Source: Thraustochytrium aureum (taxonomy: Eukaryota). Taken from it: a DNA stretch of 20,000 bases. The notes beneath the pieces were generated by a model. The model did no database searches and was not told the DNA's origin. It saw only the letters and a list, made by a program, of their open reading frames with translations. A program made the translations under genes and the position numbers. The DNA lies in the NCBI GenBank assembly GCA_012862495.1, contig BLSG01000454.1, positions 49,940-69,939 on the forward strand. Direction: 5' to 3'. Each line of letters starts with the position of its first letter. Position 1 is the stretch's first letter. Shown here in pieces: positions 1 to 10,110 of this stretch.

Positions 1-1683
1 CCAGAGCAAAAGGCCGAGCCTCCAGCCCTTGCTGCGTCAACAGCCGCAAGAACAAGGCAAGAGCCTGAGCAACGCAAACGCAACGCAAACGCAGGGAGCG
101 CCTGGGCTCAGGCTGACTATTTCTTTCCAGCGCTGCGTCCTCCTTCAGCAGCAGCCCGTGCATCCCGCCCGCCACGCGGCAATCACAAGTTCTGTGTCAT
201 GCGGAGTTCAACTTGCCGGTCAAGGCCAGGACGACTGACCCACCATCCTGCAACTCCGAGTCACCCGCACTCTGCGACCTCGTGCACCATTTAGCCGGGG
301 TGCCGAGAGCGGAATGGCCAGGCTGGTGGATGGTGGCAGCGCCCGTGCCGCAAAGGTTTGCGAACAAGCATAGAGCGGGCTGGTGAGATGGATGACGCGG
401 TTGCTTTGTGGGACGCGCCACTTGTTTTCCCTGCGTTTTCGCCGCTTGCTCTGCGCTCATTTTCACCTCAGCTGTTCGCTGGCCAACTCTCACGCCTCAC
501 NNNNNNNNNNNNNNNNNNNNNNNNNNNNNNNNNNNNNNNNNNNNNNNNNNNNNNNNNNNNNNNNNNNNNNNNNNNNNNNNNNNNNNNNNNNNNNNNNNNN
601 NNNNNNNNNNNNNNNNNNNNNNNNNNNNNNNNNNNNNNNNNNNNNNNNNNNNNNNNNNNNNNNNNNNNNNNNNNNNNNNNNNNNNNNNNNNNNNNNNNNN
701 NNNNNGACGCTCACGCTGACGCTCACGCAGCGAGGCCCCAAAACTGTCGAGCAGCGAACATTCGAATGCACGGACCAACTCCACCGCCACGCATCAGGCG
801 CGCGTCTGGTGTCCTGGTTTCAGGCGGGCCCCGCAGTGCTCTGCTCTGTTCATGAAAGGAATCAAACTTGTTGCGCAGCTGCTCAACACGCGGATGCGCA
901 GCTGCGCAGCGGGTTGCCGCGCCACTCGATTCCACCGCCGTTGAGCTGCGCGGCCATTCCAACCCCAAATCGGAGCCAAATCGGAGGACGAGCAGGACCA
1001 CAGGCCGGCCAGCCAGCTCGAGGCTGGAAGGCGCGCGAATTGCGGATCGATCGTTTCCCTCACCAGGCGAGCAGACCGGCAGGCGGCGGCTGGACCCGCG
1101 TCAATCACTCAACACGCCGTTCTTCTCCTGCGCGAGGAAGGGCCCTCGCGCAGCGCACCAAGTGCGGCTGGCCGACCGTCATCGACACCTGGTGGCTCCT
1201 ATCGAAAGAAACGCGGGGCAGCACGATCACGATCGACCAGCCCCAACGGCTGGACGACTCTGAATTCCGCTGAACGCCGCCGCACATGCCGGCCGTCGGC
1301 GCAGAAGCGCCTTTCTGCACTCATCCGTGAGCGCGAGCATCGGCGAACGTGCACGGTGGGAGTGAGCGACCACGGGCAGTGGCGCACGGCCTCCAGGGAC
1401 ACGCTGGCTCGATCGTGTCCTGAGCTGCCCTCGGACATCTTCCATCTGTTGGAGGATTCTTTCGAGGGTGCAGCACGCGTCCCAAGCGCCCAGGCCAAGG
1501 CCCTCCGACCTGCCTGGCTGCCTGGCGTGGGAGATGCAAGCACGCTTCCTTGGCCCGCTTCTACTCGTGTCGAGTGGCGACCGCAACGGGCAATGTGGAG
1601 TTCGCCGCCACGTTCGAGTTCTCGCGGTCTGTCAAGGAGGCTGCGACGGAGGGCGCCGACTGTCACTCGCTGGAGACGATAAC

Positions 1684-1708
1684 AACAGAACAGAACAGAA
1701 CAGAACAG
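1684..1708 (+). repeat. (AACAG)5 microsatellite
   Basis: Five perfect copies read directly from the sequence. Confidence 0.9.
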
Positions 1709-1919
1709 AGCGGCCGGGGTCAAGGCCGCACGCGGCTGGGACGAATTGGCCTGACTCGCATACGCGAGCAGCGATTAGCCAACGCAAAGACCTCAAGCTC
1801 GTTTCCTATCATCACCGATGGACACAATGGAGGGTCGTGCTGGCCCCGAGCTGAATCCGAAACTGGCACGCTGCGGCAATGCCTTGAGCGACAACGTCGA
1901 TCTGGCTCTCTGCGAGCCG

Positions 1920-1997
1920 GAGCGTGCGAGGATACGCTCAAGGACGCCTAGGGAACGAGCGTGCGAGGATGCGCTCAAGGGCGCCTCTAGAGGGAAC
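1920..1997. repeat. Imperfect tandem duplication (37-bp and 41-bp units)
   Basis: GAGCGTGCGAGGATACGCTCAAGGACGCCTAGGGAAC is followed by GAGCGTGCGAGGATGCGCTCAAGGGCGCCTCTAGAGGGAAC. Confidence 0.9.
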
Positions 1998-2068
1998 GGC
2001 CGACAAGTCTGCTGTTCAGGGGCTGGAGCGCTCGCGGCAGCCGAGAAGCGGCGGGCGCGCGCGACTTG

Positions 2069-3664
2069 CTAACGGCGGCGGCGCTCCTTCTTCCCCGACT
2101 TGGCCGCGCCGCCCTGATCATTCTCGGCCTGCTTGAGCTTGTTGGCCGCCGCTTGCTTCTTCTTGGCCTCCTTGGAAGCCTGTTTCTTGGCCTCTTTGGC
2201 TGCAGCCTTGGCCGCGAGCTCGCGGCCCCACTCCCCATCGCTCTCGTCCTCGGCGCCGCAGCCTGCGTTCTCGCCTTCGTCCGTCTCGCTCGCTTCTCCC
2301 GCACTGTCGTACAGGGCGCGCATCTTCTCCCTCTGCTCGGCCTCCCGCCGCTCCAGCTCCAGGTCGGCGAGGCGCTGCCGCTCCTTGTCGGCGTCGGCGA
2401 ACGTTTGGTCGAAGACGCCGCGCCAAAACGCGGCCTCATCGAGTTTCTCGGTGCCNNNNNNNNNNNNNNNNNNNNNNNNNNNNNNNNNNNNNNNNNNNNN
2501 NNNNNNNNNNNNNNNNNNNNNNNNNNNNNNNNNNNNNNNNNNNNNNNNNNNNNNNNNNNNNNNNNNNNNNNNNNNNNNNNNNNNNNNNNNNNNNNNNNNN
2601 NNNNNNNNNNNNNNNNNNNNNNNNNNNNNNNNNNNNNNNNNNNNNNNNNNNNNNNNNNNNNNNNNNNNNNNNNNNNNNNNNNNNNNNNNNNNNNNNNNNN
2701 NNNNCGCAGATTCTTGGGCGCTTGGCCTCAGCGGCGCGCTGCTGGCCTTGAGCTCGAGGGCGAGCTGGCGGCGACGCTCTGCTTTGCGCCGAAGCTTGGC
2801 GACGCGCTTGACTTCTTCCGGCGACGCGTCTTCGGCGAGCGCCAAAGCAGGGTCGTCATCCAGAGACGGCAGGTCGTCCTCGATGTCCTCGTCATCGCCA
2901 ATCGCGTTCTCGTAGCTTGTGGCGCCGTTGGACTGCTCTGCGGTTTGCGCTTCCCCTGGCACGGGCTGCAACGCGCCTTGAGGCGCGGCGCGCCGGGCCG
3001 CACACCCGCAAAAACGGCACGGCAAGGTAGCGAGGCGCCAGCCGGCCGTGTCGCGCCACGTTCGCTCCAGTTCTGGGTTGGCCATGAGAAAGTTGCGCAA
3101 AAACTCGTCCTCTGACTTGCCCTTGCTCTGCGCGACCTCGAGGGCTTCGCGGAAGAACTCGCTCGACAGTGCCCGGCTGCGCTCCCGCTTGAACTGCGCA
3201 TTCTGCGCGAGCGAGATGAGCAGGATTACAAACGCCAGGCTCACTACGAGCGCCCCAACGGCGCTGACTTTGCGCCGCCCGCCGTACACCGGCCGCCACG
3301 CCGCCGGCACTTCCTTGAGAAACCTGTCGTACTTTTCGCGAGTCTCCGGGTTGCTCAGGACCGTGTTGGCGGCTGCAATGTCGAGAAACCGGTCGGCCAT
3401 CTCCTTGCTCGCGGAGGGGTTGCGATCGGGATGATACTTTAAGCTCAGCTTGCGATACGCGCGCTTCACCTCGCTCTCCGTGGCGCCTGCCTTGAGCCCG
3501 AGCGCACCATAGTAGTCATTCTGCATGAACTCGATCAAGTCGCTGTCCATAATGTCCGCAAACCGCGCCTGCGTCGGCGTGGGCCCGCCGGCCAGCAGCA
3601 GCAGCGCGAGCAGCAGCGCCAGGGCGGCGGCCGCCGGCGTCCACCCGAGCCGCCTCCCGAGCAT
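2069..3664 (-). CDS. ER-type membrane J-domain (Hsp40) co-chaperone, DNAJC1/DNAJC25-like
   Basis: ATG at 3664 begins a signal-peptide-like segment ([17 protein letters not shown]). This is followed by a J-domain (DYYGALGL...[18 protein letters not shown]...[11 protein letters not shown], intact HPD), a hydrophobic TM segment ([19 protein letters not shown]) and an acidic then basic helical tail. The frame is open on both sides of gap 2456-2704. Confidence 0.9.
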   Translation of the reverse strand: MLGRRLGWTPAAAALALLLALLLLAGGPTPTQARFADIMDSDLIEFMQNDYYGALGLKAGATESEVKRAYRKLSLKYHPDRNPSASKEMADRFLDIAAANTVLSNPETREKYDRFLKEVPAAWRPVYGGRRKVSAVGALVVSLAFVILLISLAQNAQFKRERSRALSSEFFREALEVAQSKGKSEDEFLRNFLMANPELERTWRDTAGWRLATLPCRFCGCAARRAAPQGALQPVPGEAQTAEQSNGATSYENAIGDDEDIEDDLPSLDDDPALALAEDASPEEVKRVAKLRRKAERRRQLALELKASSAPLRPSAQESAXXXXXXXXXXXXXXXXXXXXXXXXXXXXXXXXXXXXXXXXXXXXXXXXXXXXXXXXXXXXXXXXXXXXXXXXXXXXXXXXXXXGTEKLDEAAFWRGVFDQTFADADKERQRLADLELERREAEQREKMRALYDSAGEASETDEGENAGCGAEDESDGEWGRELAAKAAAKEAKKQASKEAKKKQAAANKLKQAENDQGGAAKSGKKERRRR

Positions 3665-4210
3665 CTCTCCACCCCCTCGCCGGGCAAGCCGTCGGCAAGC
3701 CGTTAACAACGCAACGCGCCAAGCGGCCGACTCGCCGGGGCTCAAGGAGCGCCTCGAGCGCGGCCGGGCAGCGACTCTGGCGCCAGCGCAGACTCGACTG
3801 CGTTGTCGTCACCGCAAATTGGGGCACTCGCAGAGTCGAGACTGTGCAAAGACGAGACCTGCTCGACAACATGATCGCCAAGACTCGTCAGGCTCTCTCC
3901 TGGTACCCGATCTGGTCACCGAGCGGCTGGAGCTATGTGGGTAGAGTATGGTATGTCGCGCTCGCGCCGAGTTCAATGTGGCGGTCCTGCATGTTGCCTG
4001 GCAGGGCTGGACGACGAGCGCCGTCCGCGTTCGAGGTTGCTCGACGAAGGAAATGTATGCGGACGCCGCAGACGGCGACTGGGCTTGCGCCGGCGGACCA
4101 GTGTAAGGACTCGCTTTCCTCGCACAGCAGCATGGGCAAGGCAGACAGTGGCATCGAGGCAGGCAAACAATGATGGAGGGCGTTTGAGCCGAAGGGATGG
4201 GCCGGCAAGG

Positions 4211-4230
4211 TTTTGTTTTTAATTAATGAA
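4211..4230 (-). promoter_or_regulatory. Candidate polyadenylation signal for the WD40 gene
   Basis: An isolated AT-rich patch reads TTCATTAATTAAAAACAAAA on the minus strand (contains ATTAAA), about 250 bp downstream of the stop at 4478. Confidence 0.3.
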
Positions 4231-4332
4231 CGCAACGCCTGCACGCCCGCGGGTGTACTTCCGGGGCCGTGCTCTTCTCTTGCGGCTATCGAAGGCTTGG
4301 GTCTCTTGCAGGCTATTCGATTCTAACTTGGC

Positions 4333-4419
4333 CGTCGCACGATCTCAGGCGTGAACCGGCTCGTCGCACGATCTCAGGCGTGAACCGGCTCGTCGCACGA
4401 TCTCAGGCGAGAACGGGCT
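4333..4419. repeat. 29-bp minisatellite, 3 copies
   Basis: CGTCGCACGATCTCAGGCGTGAACCGGCT occurs at 4333 and 4362 (identical) and at 4391 (2 mismatches), with no spacers. Confidence 0.95.
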
Positions 4420-4477
4420 GGCCAACTCTTCGTGCTCTGCAAAGCTACACGAGCAGGCGTCTTGGGCGGTCCACTGG

Positions 4478-7400
4478 TCACACGATGGTCGAGGACTTGA
4501 CCCGGCAGAGCACCTCAGAAGGCGGGCGGATCTCGACCAGGTCCGGGAGCGGGACTCGTCGCATGACCTGCTGGTCGCGGAGGAGCTGACGCAGCGGCGG
4601 CTTGGCCGGCATCTCGGACGGCTTGGGCTTGCGCTTGTTCTTTGACATGGTTTGCAACAAAAGCTGCGCTGCCGAAATGGGGACGGGCTCCACGCTGTGG
4701 TCGTCCTCCTCGATGTCCCTGAGGTAGTTGAGCTTGAACTTGTTGCGAACGCGCGTTCGAAGGATCCCAAACTCGTCCTTGGCGTCGTCCTTGGCGTGCT
4801 CTGCGCGCATCCGCCCCAAGAGTTCGCTAGAGTCTGTGGCGGTGGTCACAACGCGCATTTTGGTGGTGAAGAGCGAAAAGTTGGCGAGCGCGTCGCCGAC
4901 CTTTTTGGCGCGCTTGAGGAGGCTCGACTTTTCCGTCGCCCAGGTGATCGACTGCGTGAGGGACCATGGGTACTCCTGGCCGAACATGCCAATCTGGCTC
5001 CCATCAAGGCTCCAAAGCATGACGCGGCAATCCGTGGACGTGGTGACGAGGAGCTCGATGGGCTTGGCGACGGCCTCCACCCACTGGATGTGGGCGATGT
5101 TGACGATTGCGCCGTCGGAATGCGCGCGCCACTGGTTGGTTTTGCGAATTTTGAATTTGCCACGGCGTGCGGCCAAGCCGGGCAGAACCTGGCTGATGTC
5201 CCAGATCTTGACTTGGCCCAAAGTGTCCCCAGAGAACAGAAACGCGTTGGCTGCATCGTCGGTAGCGAGCGCCACGATGGACTCGTCGCTTGGGTGCTCG
5301 CCGTCTAGTTCGATGAGCATCTCGCCAGACTCGACGTCCCAAAACCTAAGGTACCCGTCTGCGCCCGAGGAGCAGAGGCAGCCAAGCCTCTTGAGGTACA
5401 GAAGGTTTTCCACGGCGAGTCGGTCCGGCTTTGGGACTCCGCGCAGCCGGCGCCGCTTTTCCTTGCGAAGGCGCTGGCGTTCGAGCTCGGCGAAGCGGTC
5501 GGTCTTGTCCTTGCCTTCCCGCGCTGAGAGCGGCTGCGCAGCCGGCCTGGCTTCGCCGTCTCCGCGTCCACTTCCACGGCCGCTTCCAGTCGCGTAAACA
5601 TCCCTCGCGAGAGTCGAGGACCGTGAGAGCGCGAGCCCCTTGACAGACCGCGTGGAGGGCAGCGTGCGGTCCGAGCGGAAAGTGGCGATCTTGCCCAACT
5701 TGTGCCCAGCGCGGCCCCTAGTGGATCCAAAGGATTCTCTGGCCTCGGCCGCCTCCGCGCGCTCGCGGAGCGCCTCGAGGTCGTCCAGGTCGGCCAGGGT
5801 GGACTGCTTGACGAGCGAGCGAACGACGCTAATGTCATGCTCCTCGGCCTCCTCCATGTCCTTGGCTTCGGTTTCGTCGCTGTCGCTGCTTGAGTAGCCG
5901 CCCTCCAGGTCGTCCTGGGCAAAGGAGCGGCCGTAGAGCTGCGCCTGCTCGAGTAGTCGATCGGCAGCGGTCTTGGGCTGGCGGGGGCTGCTCTTTCGCT
6001 CGCACCGCTGCGCAGTCGCCGTGAGCTGACGGCGAGCGAGAAGCGAGTGGCCGATGCGCTGCTTGAGCACCCCGCTCAGCAGCGACCAGACAAGGATTCG
6101 ACCGTCGTCTCCGGCAGTAGCTACAGTGGCCTGGCCGCAGTAGACGACTCGGTTGACGTCGTCCTGGTGCGCCAGGTGCGTCTGGCGCTCGACTGGGAAC
6201 GAGTTGCTGCACTCGGCAAACTCGCGCTTGTTCTCCGAAAACACGAAAACGCGGCGGTCGCGCCCGGTGGCCACAATATAATCGTGCGAGACAGTGTACC
6301 CGTTGCCCTGAACATGGTCGGTGAAGCATGCGAGCGAGGTGACCTCCACGTCCAGCTCTGCCGAGTCGCAGAGATTTGGCAGCGGCTGGCCATTGATCGT
6401 TTTCGAGAACTCGCCCAGACACGCGCCGTTGTTAAAGTTCCATATCCTGATCGAGCCGTCGTGCGCCCCCGTGAGGAGGCGGCGCCCTCCAACGTCAAAG
6501 CACATGGCCGTGAGATTGCTCTCCGCGTGAGGGTTGACAAAGCGAAAGCTGATTTTCCCGGTGAAGATGTCCCAGACATGGACTTCGAACGAGGCTGCTG
6601 TGACGAGCTGGTGAAAGTTGGTGTTGTATAGCGCCTCAGTGACTGGCCACTGGTGGCTCTTGCGCGCCTGCACCTTCACTTTTTCGGCGCGCTTGACGCA
6701 GAGCGCGCGTGTGCAGAGCACCAGCCGCTGGTTGCGCGCGTCAAAGATCATGTCTCCGAAGCGCTTGCTGTCAAGCTCGTTGGACCCGCGGCCAGAGAGC
6801 TGGCGGATGCAGGTAAACGTGGAGAGGTCCCAAACCCGGATCACGTTGTTGATGCTCAGCGAGAGCAGCTCGTGCTCGCCCGCGTTGAGGCTCATCTTGA
6901 CAATCGGAGAGTCGATGAGGTCATCCCCAGCGAGCTCGTGCGCGATCGCGCAAGTGTACGGGTTCCAGAACAAGATGCGGCGGTCTCCTCCGGCGCTGGC
7001 GACGAGCTTGCTCGCGGGGACGTACAGAAAGGTGAATACGGGCTTGCTGTGGCAGCAAAACGAGCGCACGACGCGTCGCTTTTCCAGGTCGGAGATCTGC
7101 ACGTTGCCGTCGCTCGAGCAGGTGATCACGTTGCCGATTGCAGTGTTCAGCTCGAGCTGGTTGACACGGTCTTCGTGGACCTTGTGGCGAAAGTATCGGA
7201 ACACGCCGGGGGGCGTTTCGGCGCGCCGGTCGATGTTGGCGGCGCCATCGGGGAATACCCAGCGGCCGGGCTCGAGATGCCACACGTGTATGTACCCAAT
7301 GTCGTCGGCGGCCACGAGAACTTCGCGCCCCTCGCTGAGCGGGCCGAAATAGTAGGCGAGGTGCAAGGGTGCGCTGACCAAGGGACGGATCCGGCCCACG

Positions 7401-8454
7401 CACTCGTACCCGATGNNNNNNNNNNNNNNNNNNNNNNNNNNNNNNNNNNNNNNNNNNNNNNNNNNNNNNNNNNNNNNNNNNNNNNNNNNNNNNNNNNNNN
7501 NNNNNNNNNNNNNNNNNNNNNNNNNNNNNNNNNNNNNNNNNNNNNNNNNNNNNNNNNNNNNNNNNNNNNNNNNNNNNNNNNNNNNNNNNNNNNNNNNNNN
7601 NNNNNNNNNNNNNNNNNNNNNNNNNNNNNNNNNNNNNNNNNNNNNNNNNNNNNNNNNNNNNNNNNNNNNNNNNNNNNNNNNNNNNNNNNNNNNNNNNNNN
7701 NNNNNNNNNNNNNNNNNNNNNNNNNNNNNNNNNNNNNNNNNNNNNNNNNNNNNNNNNNNNNNNNNNNNNNNNNNNNNNNNNNNNNNNNNNNNNNNNNNNN
7801 NNNNNNNNNNNNNNNNNNCGCAGAAATCATGTTGATTGGCGCAGAGGGCTTGTGCTGCACGGTTCGAATATGGCCGAGGCTATCGGAGGCGTGCCAGAGC
7901 CGGAGGCTGCCGTCTTCTGAGCACGTCGCGTAAGTGCCCAGCGCAGGGATGTAGCGCACACGGATGATGCGCTTCGTGTGGTGGTGCTTGATGCTCTCCT
8001 CCGTCTCGTCGACCGGTTCGTCGATGTACTCGCAGCGCGGCTCGGCTTGCTTCATGAGCTCAGTTCCTCGGTTTTCCAACAGCATGTATTCTGTAAACTC
8101 CCCCCAGTCCACGGACCCGTCCGAGTTGGCGTCGATCTTCATGAACAGGTTGATCAGCTGCCGCTGGTTCATTCCGTTTCCGAGCACGTGGCCGAAAGCG
8201 CTCACGAACTCGTCGAGGTCGAGTCCCCCGCCGCCGTCCTCGTCTGCGAGCTCGAATGCCATGCGGAGCTCGTGCAGTTTGTCAAGCGAAATCATCTCTG
8301 AGCTCCCGTTGTTTCGCGCCTGGTCCAGAAAGTCGCTCGCCTTTGCCTTGGCAGGCGCCGGTTGCTCGCCGTCGCCCTCTGCTTTCCCGGCAACACCGAC
8401 CTTGTCTTGTGCCTCAGCGACGGCGACCGCAGCGTTCGAGCTGCTGTCCTCCAT
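4478..8454 (-). CDS. EF-hand and WD40-repeat protein (WDR49/WDR64/EFCAB8/WDY-like, probably ciliary)
   Basis: ATG at 8454 (MEDSSS). Two canonical EF-hand loops (DEDGGGGLDLDE; DANSDGSVDWGE) precede many WD40 repeats (ATCSEDGSLRLWH, ASAGGDRRILFWN, LTGAHDGSIRIWN, SSGADGYLRFWD, TTSTDCRVMLWS). The two ORF pieces flank gap 7416-7818 in different frames, attributed to inexact gap size. Confidence 0.88.
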
Positions 8455-9584
8455 GGCGCCTCTGCCCCGCCCGCTCAGGGGCCGCACCGGCCGACCAGGA
8501 GAGCCTTTTGCGTCGCGCCAGTGAGCCTGCCTTTCGCCGTGCGGCACAACAGACCACCGTGGGCAATTCGGGCAGCCCGTTCCGTTCTGCAGGCTCGAAC
8601 GCAGCAAGCGTGCTGTTGGGCTGCGGGGTGTTTGGGTCGGTCGTCCTGCGCAGCTCGTGCGTGCTGGCTTGCCGCCCGGACGATTCGTTGGGCGCTTGCC
8701 GCTCGCGCCCGCCGATCTGGACCTCCATCACAGGTCCAACTTTCCGCGCCACAGAATCGTTTCGGGCGCCCAACGCGCTCAAGCATGCGGCGCGGAGGCC
8801 CGCGAGACCACTCGTTGCGCAGGATCGTTTCGCCTTGAGGCGCGGCGCGGAATGGGCGAAACCATCGCGAGACCCCGCTCTTGATTGAAACCCCTGCCCG
8901 CTGCTGTTCACGAAACTGAACGGACAATTGCCGAGGAGAGCTCGAGGCTTGCTGCGAGCGGCACGACAGCTCCGTGGCCATCAAGGCACACGCCGCTGGG
9001 CCGCCCACAACAGCCGCCCCGATCAACGGCCTGACGCCCTGCGAGGCGGCGCGTCGCTGCTGCGAGGCCCATGGCCATTGTACGGGTTTGCAAGCGCTGC
9101 CGCTCAAGCCCAGGCGAAGCCGCGCGCAGAAGCCTTGCGCACTGCAGGCGACTGGCCGGCGCAGGCCGCCGCGAGTACCGGTAAGACGAGGACGTCGCCT
9201 GGTGAGCGGCCACCGGCACGAGCGGGGCGGGCCAGGACACAATCGACGAAACAAACACAAAANNNNNNNNNNNNNNNNNNNNNNNNNNNNNNNNNNNNNN
9301 NNNNNNNNNNNNNNNNNNNNNNNNNNNNNNNNNNNNNNNNNNNNNNNNNNNNNNNNNNNNNNNNNNNNNNNNNNNNNNNNNNNNNNNNNNNNNNNNNNNN
9401 NNNNNNNNNNNNNNNNNNNNNNNNNNNNNNNNNNNNNNNNNCGCTGGCGAGGGCGAACTGGGCGCTCCGCCTCGGTTAGGGTGGAGCGCGTAGGTCGGCG
9501 AACCTAGGGTTGCTCAAGAGCAAGCGAGGAGACGCGAGAGTCCCTTGAGGGCGGCAGACCCCGAACGGCCAAGGCCGCGCTGGC

Positions 9585-9782
9585 ACTGCTGCTGTATCGC
9601 TGCCGCACCGCTGCTGCGCCGCTGCTGCGCCGCTGCTGGTACTGGCCCTGCTGGCGCTGCTCTTGTCGGGGTGTCGCCTGGTACGAGCGCGGTGTTTGGA
9701 GTTGTGGTTGTCGTTGTTGTTGTTGTTCTCGTCGTCGTCGGCGGCGTTGTTGTCGTCGTACTCGCCGGCGTTGTTGCTGTCG
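9585..9782. repeat. Low-complexity trinucleotide region (GCT/GCC then GTT/GTC)
   Basis: Runs such as GTTGTCGTTGTTGTTGTTGTTCTCGTCGTCGTC and CTGCTGCGCCGCTGCTGCGCCGCTGCTG. Confidence 0.75.
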
Positions 9783-10110
9783 GCCGAGCTGCCGCACTCG
9801 CGGGCGGCGACGGCCTGGGGCGGCTACGGACGCGCTCGAAACGGGTTTGCGAGGGCGGCGCGGCGGCGGCGGCGGCTGGGGTTCCCGGTCGTGGAAGGCG
9901 TCGCTGGACCGGACTGGACCTGGACTCGTCGCGCTGGGACGGACGCGTCGGGGCTGGCTTGCGCCTGGCGCGAGGACAAGGCGGTGAGCCCGAGCGTTCT
10001 GGCTTGCGGGCGCAGAACGCTGCGGCCCTCGGCGGGGAGGACTCGCCTCCACACCACGGGGGGGCACTACCAGCGCGCCCGAGTCAGGGCCTGACTCGGA
10101 CGCGCCCACG

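Noticed and set aside
175..230. RING-finger remnant (GNHKFC...TC)
   Set aside because: Too few correctly spaced Cys/His ligands, and it would need a frameshift.
4333..4419. CRISPR array
   Set aside because: The units are head-to-tail with no unique spacers, the context is eukaryotic, and there are no cas genes.
7416..7818. Frameshift or pseudogenisation of the WD40 gene
   Set aside because: The frame change coincides with an N-gap of uncertain length.
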